A DNA stretch of 39,975 nt, from the sequence record SRR20825010_3006; one strand, 5' to 3'. This document shows, in pieces, positions 16,969-25,931 of this stretch. The translations under genes and the position numbers were made by a program. Each line of letters opens with the position of its first letter. Positions within the stretch are counted from its first letter, which is position 1. The notes beneath the pieces were generated by a model. It ran no database searches. It saw only the letters and a list, made by a program, of their open reading frames with translations, and was not told where the DNA came from.

Positions 16969-17403
16969 ATGCGTGTATCGGAACTGGCAAAACAGGGGAA
17001 TACCACCGCTGAAACCGTTCGCCATTACACGGATATTGGTTTGCTGTCACCGAGCCGTGACAGCCATAACGGATACCGCTATTACGGGGCAGAAGATTTA
17101 CGTTTGTTGCGCTTTGCCCTGAAAGCACGCTCTCTGGGATTCACGCTAGGCGACATCCAGTCCCTGACCCAGGCATCCCGTGAAGGGGAAACGCCTTGTG
17201 GGCAGGTCCGCACCTTGATTGAAAACCGGTTAACGCAGGTAGAGGCCCGCATCGCCGAGCTGCAGGCGTTGAGCACGCGTATGCGTGATGCGATGAATGA
17301 ATGGCAGGGCGCGCCAGATTGTCGACTGGATGATGGCCGGGTATGCGGCCTGATTGATTCGTTTGTGGGTGATGAGGCAGAGCAACCGCGCACCACAGGC
17401 TGA
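16969..17403 (+). CDS. MerR-family metal-responsive regulator (ZntR/CadR/CueR-like)
   Basis: MRVSELAK...TVRHYTDIGLL...NGYRYY, ARSLGFTLGDI; Cys in TPC and DCRLDDGRVC; RBS AGGAG. Confidence 0.88.
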   Translation: MRVSELAKQGNTTAETVRHYTDIGLLSPSRDSHNGYRYYGAEDLRLLRFALKARSLGFTLGDIQSLTQASREGETPCGQVRTLIENRLTQVEARIAELQALSTRMRDAMNEWQGAPDCRLDDGRVCGLIDSFVGDEAEQPRTTG

Positions 17404-17450
17404 GCTCTTGCAGTCTGCCTGGACGCGCCCGACTCCGTTGAGGAGAGCGC

Positions 17451-17488
17451 GCACGCCTGTCGCCGCTCATTTGGGGCGACAGGCGTGC
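17451..17488. terminator. Hairpin between convergent merR and antiporter genes
   Basis: Perfect 14-bp stem GCACGCCTGTCGCC / GGCGACAGGCGTGC with a 10-nt loop. Confidence 0.7.
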
Positions 17489-17499
17489 TTGCGGAAGCG

Positions 17500-19470
17500 C
17501 TAAGCGCCTGGCGTTTTCTGAGAGTTTCCTGTCTCTTTGCCCACAGGGGCTGGCCCGGACTTGTCCTTGTTGGATTTGTCGTCAGCTTTTCCTTCTGCCT
17601 TGCTGTCCGCTTTGTTCTCCGCAGCGGTTTTCTCCGCGGCGGCTTCCGCACGGGCTTCGGCTTTCTTTTCTTCCTTGGCGGCGTCTTCCTTCACCAGCCC
17701 AAGAATATGCCAGCCGGCCTTGGGATCGGGCTGTACTTCTGCGGAGAACACATGAATGCGCTCGCGGGCATCAATAGCAAATAGTGGCCAGACCTGGCGT
17801 CCTGGTGCTTCATTGTAGGCTTGGAAACTAAACTCTTCAGTGAGGCGTGTTTTACGAATTTCCGCACCCTGGCTGAGCAAACTGGCCAGTCGGGCGTAGG
17901 TCATGTCCGGCGCAAACAGGGTGGCACCACGATGCTCCGGCGCCACTTCATGCTTCACCTCTTTTTCCGTTTTCTGGGTTGGCAGACTGAAAATGTTCTG
18001 CTCCCCGAATTCCAGCCGATAGCGCATGGTCGCCATGGTATTAAGTTCACGGCGGGGGCTGAGGCCAAGTAACTTGCCATAGCCCACCAGATCCAGATAT
18101 TGATCCGCATGCTGGGATACCGGGTTGCCATAGAATGTCCCCAGCCCCTCCATCCGGGCAGAGCGAATGGATTCCCAGCTGGAATCGGTGACGACCACCG
18201 GGTATTGGTTTTTCTGCAAGGCCGCGCCAATGGCTCGGGCCACCGGGTTAGCGCCGATGATCAGGAAGCCGCGTGCGGCAGGTTCCGCCACTTTCAGCAG
18301 GCGGGCTAAAGGCCGAGCCGTGAGGCTCTGCAACGCCACCGTACCAATAATCACCATAAACGTGAGCGGCACCAGTTTTTCTGCCCCGGGCACCCCGTTT
18401 TGCTGCAAGCGTTCGGCAAACAGGGCGGAGATCGCCGCGGCAACAATGCCGCGCGGAGCAATCCAGGCGAGCAGGGACTTTTCTCGCCAGTTTAGCGATG
18501 AGCCCAATGTGGATACCCAAACCGACAGGGGGCGAGCCACGAACTGGATGATCGCCAATACCGCCAGAGCGGTGAGCCCAAGCTGACTCAGTTCACTCAT
18601 TTCCAGCCGGGCTGCCAGTACGATAAAGAGGCCGGAAATCAGCATGACGGACAGGTTCTCCTTGAAGTGGAGAATGTCGTCGGTGCGCACGCCTTTACGG
18701 TTGGCGAGCACGATACCGGTGACGGTAACCGCAACCAGCCCGGATTCCTCACTCAGGCCGTTGGCCAGAACGAATTCACCGATGATCGATGACAGCACCA
18801 GAAAACTGCGCAGGTATTCGGGGATCAGGTGGCGACGTAACAGCTCAGCAAGCCCGAACGCCACAGCGCAACCGATAGCAGCACCCACACCGATGGTCTG
18901 GAAGAACAGCCAGAGCGTATGAAGTACCGCGCCATCCTGACCGCTCGCCACTACCAGTTCGTAGGCCAGTACCGCGAAAATCGCCCCCAGAGGGTCGATC
19001 ACGATCCCTTCCCAGCGCAACAGTCGCGCCACGCTGCTCACCGGTCGCACGCTGCGCAACAGGGGAACAATTACGGTAGGGCCGGTCACCACCACCAGGG
19101 CGCCGAACAGCAAAGCCAGGCCAAGCGGCAGCTTCAGCACCCACCAGGCGGAAACTGTCACGATACTCCAGGTCACCAGGGCGCCCCAGGTGACCAGCCG
19201 GCGCACCGTTTTTTCCAGCCCACGAATTTCATCGAAGCGCAGGGTCATCGCGCCTTCGAACAGGATAATGGATACCGCCAGTGAGACACCGGGAAGCAGC
19301 AAGTCGCCGAACAGCTCCTTGGGTTGCAGTACGTCGAAAAAAGGGCCAAGGGCAAGGCCGGTAAGCAGCAACGGCAAAATGGCGGGGAGCTTGATTCTCC
19401 AGGATAGCCACTGGCAGGCGAACGCAACCACGGTGATGATGGCTAACTGGAAAGGGACGCTTAAATCCAT
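17500..19470 (-). CDS. CPA1 (NhaP-type) cation:proton antiporter with C-terminal RCK/TrkA-N-like domain
   Basis: ILFEGAMTL, VVTGPTVI, RWEGIVIDPLG, WIAPRGIVAAA, LIIGANP; ATG at 19470 after AGGA; Lys/Ala/Glu-rich tail. Confidence 0.85.
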   Translation of the reverse strand: MDLSVPFQLAIITVVAFACQWLSWRIKLPAILPLLLTGLALGPFFDVLQPKELFGDLLLPGVSLAVSIILFEGAMTLRFDEIRGLEKTVRRLVTWGALVTWSIVTVSAWWVLKLPLGLALLFGALVVVTGPTVIVPLLRSVRPVSSVARLLRWEGIVIDPLGAIFAVLAYELVVASGQDGAVLHTLWLFFQTIGVGAAIGCAVAFGLAELLRRHLIPEYLRSFLVLSSIIGEFVLANGLSEESGLVAVTVTGIVLANRKGVRTDDILHFKENLSVMLISGLFIVLAARLEMSELSQLGLTALAVLAIIQFVARPLSVWVSTLGSSLNWREKSLLAWIAPRGIVAAAISALFAERLQQNGVPGAEKLVPLTFMVIIGTVALQSLTARPLARLLKVAEPAARGFLIIGANPVARAIGAALQKNQYPVVVTDSSWESIRSARMEGLGTFYGNPVSQHADQYLDLVGYGKLLGLSPRRELNTMATMRYRLEFGEQNIFSLPTQKTEKEVKHEVAPEHRGATLFAPDMTYARLASLLSQGAEIRKTRLTEEFSFQAYNEAPGRQVWPLFAIDARERIHVFSAEVQPDPKAGWHILGLVKEDAAKEEKKAEARAEAAAEKTAAENKADSKAEGKADDKSNKDKSGPAPVGKETGNSQKTPGA

Positions 19471-19738
19471 GAAGTTCCTAGGTGATGAAACGAAATCCAC
19501 ATCTGACGAGCACTTATCCATGGGCCGGCGAGACGGGGCATTGACGATGCCAACAGGGCAGGCGCATATCGTTGCCGGCCATGCTGCCACGAGGTAAGCC
19601 GCATTATGCATGATTGCCGGTGCCGGTAAACGTGTATTGCGGCACGGTGCATCGGGCCGGCTACCTGCTGAGCCGGGTAATAGTCACAGCCCACCCGCTG
19701 CGCCGCAACTCGTTTTTTATGCTTTTTGTTCAAAGAAA

Positions 19739-19753
19739 ATGAATCGGATTCAT
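19739..19753. promoter_or_regulatory. Palindromic operator candidate (LysR-type T-N11-A)
   Basis: ATGAATC-G-GATTCAT in an AT-rich patch of the antiporter/Bcr divergent gap. Confidence 0.4.
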
Positions 19754-19929
19754 AAAACAACTGAAAGGGCGCAGCCATTGCGGTACCATTCCGGGCGATT
19801 GTGCTCTTGGGGGAGGAACTCCAGGCATCGTGGTGCTGCTCTGGCGCCCCATCTACCCTGTGCATCATTCCCAATCCGGTCCCGCGAGGTGAGACAACCT
19901 GCACTCGCGGACCAGCACCAGGATCTTCC

Positions 19930-21111
19930 ATGCAAAATCTGTCTCCCGGCCGCTTGGCATTGATGCTCGCCACGCTGGTGGCATTGGGGCCGCTGGCCAT
20001 CGATACCTACCTTCCCGCCTTGTTGGCCATGTCCGGCCATTTCTCCGTTGAAATCCATGCGGTTGAAGTGTCGGTGAGTGTCTATGTGTTGGGGGTGGCG
20101 GCAGGGCAGTGGCTGGGCGGACCGCTGTCTGATCAGTTCGGACGCAAGCCGGTTGCCTATGTGGGCTTGACCCTGTTTATCCTCGGCTGTCTGAGCATCC
20201 CGCTGTCTTCGACTATCGACATGCTTTACATGCTGCGGTTTTTGCAGGCCCTGGGCGGGGGCGCCACGGTGGTAATCGCGGCGGCCTCGGTACGAGACCA
20301 TTTTACCGGCAAGGAAGCGGCCAGGGTGATGACCACCATTGGCCTGGTGATGCTGGTGGCGCCCCTGGTAGCGCCGGCAGTCGGTGCACTGCTACTGAAG
20401 CTGTTTGGCTGGCAAAGCATTTTCTACATGCTGGCGATGTACGGGTTCATGCTGTTCGGTATTGTGCGTTTTCTGCTGCCCACCGTGGCGGTGAAACCGA
20501 GTACCGAACCGCTGCGCCAACGCATGTTTCTGGCCTATGGCCGGGTGCTGCGAAACCGTCAGGCCATGGGGTTTATTCTGGCCAACGCCCTCGCATTTGC
20601 CGCCATGTTCACCTTTATTACCGATGCGGCGTTTCTCTACATGGAATACTTCGGTATCAGCCCGGAACAATTTCCACTGTATTTCGGCGCCAACGTGGTG
20701 ACCATGCTGGGCATGAACCGCTTGAACGTCTTGCTGCTGCGCCGGTATTCCAGTGCCGCGATCATGCAGGTGGCGCTGACGCTGCAGGTGATGGCCTGCG
20801 CGGCCATGCTGGCACTGACCCTCGCCGGGATGCTGACCCTGTGGCTGGTAGTGCCGCTGATCATGATCGCAGCAGGCATGGTGGCGCTGATCATGCCCAA
20901 TGGCATCGCCAGCTTTCTCAACCTGTTTGATCGGGACAGCGGTGCCGCCACCGGCCTGAACGGGGCGTTGCAGTTCCTGCTGGCCGGGCTGATCGGGACC
21001 GTGTTGGGCATGCTCCACGACGGCAGCACGCTGCCCATGACCGGGTTGATGGCCGCCAGCAGTGTGGCGGCCTGGGTGGCGTTTTCTCTATTGGCTCGCC
21101 GACAGGCCTGA
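19930..21111 (+). CDS. Bcr/CflA-family multidrug efflux MFS transporter
   Basis: LAIDTYLPA, GPLSDQFGRKP, LRFLQALG, APLVAPAVG; ATG at 19930 after AGGA. Confidence 0.88.
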   Translation: MQNLSPGRLALMLATLVALGPLAIDTYLPALLAMSGHFSVEIHAVEVSVSVYVLGVAAGQWLGGPLSDQFGRKPVAYVGLTLFILGCLSIPLSSTIDMLYMLRFLQALGGGATVVIAAASVRDHFTGKEAARVMTTIGLVMLVAPLVAPAVGALLLKLFGWQSIFYMLAMYGFMLFGIVRFLLPTVAVKPSTEPLRQRMFLAYGRVLRNRQAMGFILANALAFAAMFTFITDAAFLYMEYFGISPEQFPLYFGANVVTMLGMNRLNVLLLRRYSSAAIMQVALTLQVMACAAMLALTLAGMLTLWLVVPLIMIAAGMVALIMPNGIASFLNLFDRDSGAATGLNGALQFLLAGLIGTVLGMLHDGSTLPMTGLMAASSVAAWVAFSLLARRQA

Positions 21112-23499
21112 GCCTTTTGGCATCAACGGTGGCGCCAACAGGGCGGCCACCGTGACCAGTCCGGCCACGGCCCACGGCAGTAACAGCCAGCCGCTCAATG
21201 GCAACTGACTGTCGAACAGGCGTGCCCCGAGCGGGATCAGCGCTGCCAGATGGATCAGGTTGGCCAGCAGTGCGGCCCCGCCGAACAGGTAGAACGCCTG
21301 CAATGCCGCGGTTTTGCGCAGTAAGGCACGGCGCCCGCCGATAACGATCAGCAAGCGGTTGTCCCGGCGCAGGGCGTCGGTCATGGCCAGCAGAGCGGCC
21401 ATCAGCACCAGCAGGGCCGCCAGCAATAACAGGACGCCGACCACAAAGGCCGCACGGCTCGCCTGGGCGATAATGTCCTGCAGTGTGGCCAGGATGGCGT
21501 TCACGTCCAGCAGGCTGATTTGCGGAAATTGCTGCACCAGTTCGCCCAGCTCGCCCTGTTGATCTTCAGGAAGGAAAAAGCTGGTGATCCAGGTCCGACC
21601 CTGGCTCTTCAGGGTGTCGGGGGAGAAGATAAAATAAAAATTGGGAGCAAAGCTCTCCCAGTCCACCTCTCGCAATCCCACCACGGTGGCACTGATTGCC
21701 GGGCCAGCACCGGTGAAGGTAAGCGAGTCCCCAAGCTTGAGTCCCAGCGAGTCCGCCAGTTTGCTTTCCACGGTGACTTCCTGAGGGCCGCTGGCCCAGC
21801 GACCCTCGGTGAGGACGTTGCTGTCCGGCAGGGCATCCGCTTCAGTAAGAGACAGGTCCCGGTTCAGGGCACGCTCCGCTCGGTCTTCTTCCTTGGTAAC
21901 GGCGCTGCGCACGGGTTCGTCGTTAATGGCGGTGAGCCGGGCCCGGACCACCGGATAGAGCGGTTGCGACTCGCTGTTGTGTGCGCCAAGCCAGTCATTG
22001 AAAGCGTCCAGATCCTGATCAAAAAGATTGATCACAAAATAGTTGGGCGCCTGTTCCGGGAGTGTTGCCCGCCAGTCGCCCAGCAACTCCCGACCGGTTT
22101 GCACCGACAGGGAAAGCACCGTCAGGGAAATGATCAGCGCCGCCAACAGGGGCAAGGTGGTTGCCTTGCGGCGACTCAGGCGGCGCAGGGCCAGCCGGGC
22201 AGGCAGGCTCAGGCGCGCACTGAAACGATCCAGCAGCTGCACCAGCGGCCACAGAATCATCGGCAGCCCCAGGGAGACCGCCAGGGTGAGCAGCAATAAT
22301 GGCCACAGCGCGGCCAGTGAGCCGGTCATGATGGCGGCCAGCGGAACAGGGGTCACAATGGCGATGAGCAAAACCCGCCGCCCCAGCCGGGTCGGCGCTT
22401 CACGCCCACTGAGCAGTGCGGTGGCGGGCAGCGACAGGCTGACCCACAGCGTCGGCGCGGCAAAGCCCAGCCAGAGCAGAATCGGCCCCACAAGCCCCCA
22501 GATAATCGGCGCCAGGAAGAGCTGTTCCGCACCGAGCAACGCGGAGAGTTGCCAGCCCACCAACACCGCAAGCGCGACACCGGCAACAATCGGTAACACC
22601 AGCGCAAGCACATCACCACCCAGCAGTCGCCTGACGATTTGTTGCTGCCGGGCGCCCACGGTTTTCATCACGGCACATAATGTTTGCTGTTGCCGTGCAC
22701 GATGGCTTGCGGTGAGGTAAATGGCGGCGGCGCACAGTAGCACGACCAGCATGACCGCCAATTGCGACCACAGGAACATTTGCTCCACCGGGCCACGGCT
22801 ACGCAAGTCGGTGGTGGCGACGGTTTCGATGGACTGGTCCGGACGCAGGGTGGCGCCAAGCAGTTCATCCAGTTTGCTGCGCTGCTCTGCATTCGCGGCG
22901 ACCATAAGGTGGTGCCGATAGCGGCTCCCCGGGCCGAGGACGCCGGTGCTCTCCAGGTCTGAGAGATGGATAAGGGCTCGGGGATTCATGCTGTAGAAGC
23001 CTGCCTGCTGGTCCGGCTCCTGAACCAGTACCTTGTCGATCAGCAAGCTGCGCTCCCCGAGCGTGATGAACTCGCCGGTTTTCAGGCCCAGCCGATCCAG
23101 CGCCTGACCGGCCAGCCAGACCGTTCCCGATGCGGGGCCATGGTCCACGGTGTAAGGGTTGCTGAAACGCGAGTCGCTCACCGATAGCTCACCATAAAGC
23201 GGGTAGCCGCCGGACAGCGCACGAATGCTGGCGAGCAAAAACTGGTCTTCATTGATCAGCACGCTGGCAAAGCTGACTGCCTCGGCATGGTGTAAATCGG
23301 CAACGGCCTGTTGTTGAGCGGCTTCCGGGAAGCGGGTGCCTTCCAGAATCCAGTCCGCCCCCAGTGCCACGGCGGTGCGTTGATTAAATCGCTGGTCCAC
23401 GCTGTCACGCAGAATCAGCATGGCCGTCATGGCAAAGGCAGCCACCAGCAAGGCCAGGGCCTGAACCCGAAACGCGGGCGATCGCCAGGGTTTAAACAC
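21088..23499 (-). CDS. ybbP: ABC transporter permease (YbbP, duplicated FtsX-like)
   Basis: YPLYG, APNYFVINL, LYPVVRARL, REVDWESFAPNFYFIF; downstream of the ybbA-like gene. Confidence 0.85.
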   Translation of the reverse strand: MFKPWRSPAFRVQALALLVAAFAMTAMLILRDSVDQRFNQRTAVALGADWILEGTRFPEAAQQQAVADLHHAEAVSFASVLINEDQFLLASIRALSGGYPLYGELSVSDSRFSNPYTVDHGPASGTVWLAGQALDRLGLKTGEFITLGERSLLIDKVLVQEPDQQAGFYSMNPRALIHLSDLESTGVLGPGSRYRHHLMVAANAEQRSKLDELLGATLRPDQSIETVATTDLRSRGPVEQMFLWSQLAVMLVVLLCAAAIYLTASHRARQQQTLCAVMKTVGARQQQIVRRLLGGDVLALVLPIVAGVALAVLVGWQLSALLGAEQLFLAPIIWGLVGPILLWLGFAAPTLWVSLSLPATALLSGREAPTRLGRRVLLIAIVTPVPLAAIMTGSLAALWPLLLLTLAVSLGLPMILWPLVQLLDRFSARLSLPARLALRRLSRRKATTLPLLAALIISLTVLSLSVQTGRELLGDWRATLPEQAPNYFVINLFDQDLDAFNDWLGAHNSESQPLYPVVRARLTAINDEPVRSAVTKEEDRAERALNRDLSLTEADALPDSNVLTEGRWASGPQEVTVESKLADSLGLKLGDSLTFTGAGPAISATVVGLREVDWESFAPNFYFIFSPDTLKSQGRTWITSFFLPEDQQGELGELVQQFPQISLLDVNAILATLQDIIAQASRAAFVVGVLLLLAALLVLMAALLAMTDALRRDNRLLIVIGGRRALLRKTAALQAFYLFGGAALLANLIHLAALIPLGARLFDSQLPLSGWLLLPWAVAGLVTVAALLAPPLMPKGSGLSASQ

Positions 23500-24169
23500 T
23501 GAGACGGCCCTCCGTCAGGGAAACGGAGCGCTGGCAGCGACCGGCCAGTTGAGGGTCATGGGTGACCAGCACCAGCGCGGTTTTTTGCTCCGCGTTCAGC
23601 GAGAACAGCAGATCGGCTACGTGTTCACCGTTAGCGAAATCCAGGCTGCCGGTGGGTTCATCGGCAAACAGCAGGGCGGGTGACACCACAAAGGCTCGCG
23701 CAAGGGCAACGCGCTGCTGCTCGCCGCCGGAAAGCTGTGCCGGGAAGTGGTGCTGTCGGCGCCCCAGGCCCACCTGTTCCAGCCAGTGCATGGCCTGCTC
23801 CCGGCGCTTCTCCCGGTTGAGAATTTCCAGCGGCAGCATGACATTTTCCAAGGCGGTGAGATCGTTGATCAGCTGGAAGTGCTGAAACACAAAGCCGCAC
23901 TGTTCGCCGCGCAACCGCGCCCGTTCATCTTCATTGGCCTGGCTGAACGAAGCCCCATTCAGCTTCACGTCGCCGGCGGTGGGCACATCAAGACCGGCCA
24001 GCAGCGACAACAAGGTGGATTTGCCGGAACCGGAGGGGCCGGTAATGGCCAGGCTGTCACCGGCATTCACTTCAAGCGTGATATCCTGCAGCAAATCGAG
24101 CCCACCCTCCGGGCCTTGAACGCGCTTACTGACATTGTGGGCAAGCAAAACGGGAGACGCTGTATTCAT
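23492..24169 (-). CDS. ybbA: ABC transporter ATP-binding protein (YbbA)
   Basis: Walker A GPSGSGKS, signature LSGGEQQR, Walker B LFADEPTG, H-loop VTHD. Confidence 0.92.
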   Translation of the reverse strand: MNTASPVLLAHNVSKRVQGPEGGLDLLQDITLEVNAGDSLAITGPSGSGKSTLLSLLAGLDVPTAGDVKLNGASFSQANEDERARLRGEQCGFVFQHFQLINDLTALENVMLPLEILNREKRREQAMHWLEQVGLGRRQHHFPAQLSGGEQQRVALARAFVVSPALLFADEPTGSLDFANGEHVADLLFSLNAEQKTALVLVTHDPQLAGRCQRSVSLTEGRLSV

Positions 24170-24794
24170 GGCAAGATATCTTCTACTGGTTCAATTGTTG
24201 TGCCTGACGGTATCGGTTCACGCCAGCGGTGTGCTGATACTGGGCGATAGTATCAGTGCTGCCTATGGCATTGAAAAGTCAGCCGGCTGGGTTGCACTTA
24301 TGGACCAGCAGTTGCAAGAAAGGTGCCCGGGTTATCCCGTCATCAATGCATCGGTTAGCGGTGAAACCACCGCTGGCGGCAAATCACGTTTGCCGGCGCT
24401 GTTGTCACGTCATCAGCCGGAGTTGGTGGTCATCGAGCTGGGTGGCAACGATGGTTTGCGCGGCCTGTCGCCCATGGCCATGGCGAGCAACCTGGAACAA
24501 ATGATCATGCTGTCACGGGAAGCGGGGGCCACCGCAGTGCTGTTGGGCATGCGCATTCCGCCCAATTACGGTCAGCAATACACGGTCTTGTTTGAGCAAC
24601 AATTTCGTGACGTTGCGCAATCCACATCCGTCTCCTGGGTGCCTTTTTTTCTTGATGGCGTGATTGAGCAAGGCTGGGTGCAGGGTGACGGGATTCACCC
24701 CACCATTGATGCCCAGCCGCTGTTACTGGATACCGCCTTGTCAGTGATAGAGCCGCAACTGCCGGAGCGCTGTGAGGCCAAGGGCGGTCAGTAA
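24168..24794 (+). CDS. tesA: Arylesterase / acyl-CoA thioesterase I (SGNH hydrolase)
   Basis: Signal peptide, GDSIS, NASVSGETT, ELGGNDGLRG, DGIHP; divergent from ybbA. Confidence 0.92.
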   Translation: MARYLLLVQLLCLTVSVHASGVLILGDSISAAYGIEKSAGWVALMDQQLQERCPGYPVINASVSGETTAGGKSRLPALLSRHQPELVVIELGGNDGLRGLSPMAMASNLEQMIMLSREAGATAVLLGMRIPPNYGQQYTVLFEQQFRDVAQSTSVSWVPFFLDGVIEQGWVQGDGIHPTIDAQPLLLDTALSVIEPQLPERCEAKGGQ

Positions 24795-24814
24795 ATAAAA
24801 CCGAGTGAGAGTCG

Positions 24815-25429
24815 ATGTTTGATTTAGGCCCATCGTGGCAGGAAATACTGGATTACTGGTTTAAGGATGGCATGGCGCTGGGCTGGCCATCGGGCAATAT
24901 GGCCAAACGGTGGTTTGCAGCTACGGCTGGAGACGACGCGGACATCGAGCATCGCTTTGGCGTGCTGGTGGATGCGGCACTGCAACAGGAGCTGGTGGAC
25001 TGGGAGAGAAACCCCCAGGGGCGACTGGCGTTGATTCTGTTGCTGGACCAGTTCACTCGCAACATCTACCGCGGCCAGGCCAAGGCTTTCCGTGGCGATC
25101 ACCGAGCGGCTACGCTCGCCATCGAAGGGGTGTCACGGCAGATGCACAGCAAGCTGCCGCTATGCGGGCAGGTTTTCTTTGTGATGCCGTTAATGCATGC
25201 CGAAGACGAGGATTTGCAGCAGCAATGTCTGTCTGCACTGGAAGTGATCAAAGCCGAGGCTCCGGACGCATTAGCCGGCCATGTGGACAGTTCGCTGAAA
25301 TCGGCGCGGGAGCATCAGCAGATCATTCAGCAATTTGGCCGCTTCCCTCATCGCAATCGCGCACTGGGTCGGGACAGCACCGCGCAAGAGCTTCGTTTCC
25401 TGGAAAACAGTTCCGGGTTCGGGCAGTAA
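24815..25429 (+). CDS. DUF924-family protein
   Basis: ILDYWF, ILLLDQFTRNIYR, MPLMHAED, FGRFPHRN. Confidence 0.88.
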   Translation: MFDLGPSWQEILDYWFKDGMALGWPSGNMAKRWFAATAGDDADIEHRFGVLVDAALQQELVDWERNPQGRLALILLLDQFTRNIYRGQAKAFRGDHRAATLAIEGVSRQMHSKLPLCGQVFFVMPLMHAEDEDLQQQCLSALEVIKAEAPDALAGHVDSSLKSAREHQQIIQQFGRFPHRNRALGRDSTAQELRFLENSSGFGQ

Positions 25430-25457
25430 TGAAGCCAGTTTTGCGGTTGAGAAGGGG

Positions 25458-25931
25458 CTACGTGGGCTTTCGGCGAATGTAGAGCGTCTTGTTGACCACC
25501 GCAACGCGGTTGCCATCAGCATCCACGATTTCGACTGGCCAGCACGGCAGGTATTTTTCACCCCCATCGGTGTTCGCACGGATATCGTCGATCATGGCAT
25601 CGGTGAGCTGAAAATGGGCGAAGACCCGGCCTTTGCCGGGTCGGACAAACTCGATATCCGCCGCCTTGTCCCACACCACGTAGTCGCGACCAAGCACGGT
25701 CATCACCATCAGCATGTAGAACGGGTCCACCATGGAGTAGAGGCTGCCACCGAAATGGGTGCCTACATAGTTTCGGTTGTACCAATGCAGTCCCATGGAG
25801 ACATTCAGTTCGCGGAAGTCTGCTGCCAGATAGTCCACCCGAACACCGGCGCCCAGATAGGGCCCGTACAGGTTCAGAAACCATTGCAGACCTTTCGGCG
25901 AGCGCGTAAAGCGCGAGAGCATATTACGCAT
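25458..25931 (-). CDS. DUF4442 hotdog-fold thioesterase-like protein
   Basis: NLYGPYLGAG, NRNYVGTHFGGSLYSMVDP, VWDKAADIEF. Confidence 0.85.
   Translation of the reverse strand: MRNMLSRFTRSPKGLQWFLNLYGPYLGAGVRVDYLAADFRELNVSMGLHWYNRNYVGTHFGGSLYSMVDPFYMLMVMTVLGRDYVVWDKAADIEFVRPGKGRVFAHFQLTDAMIDDIRANTDGGEKYLPCWPVEIVDADGNRVAVVNKTLYIRRKPT

Noticed and set aside
19471-19929. ORF-track N-terminal extensions and small ORFs in the antiporter/Bcr gap
   Set aside because: Better starts with an RBS exist at 19470 and 19930; the extensions do not look protein-like.
21520-22720. 259-aa and 225-aa plus-strand ORFs
   Set aside because: Antisense to ybbP; no family motifs.
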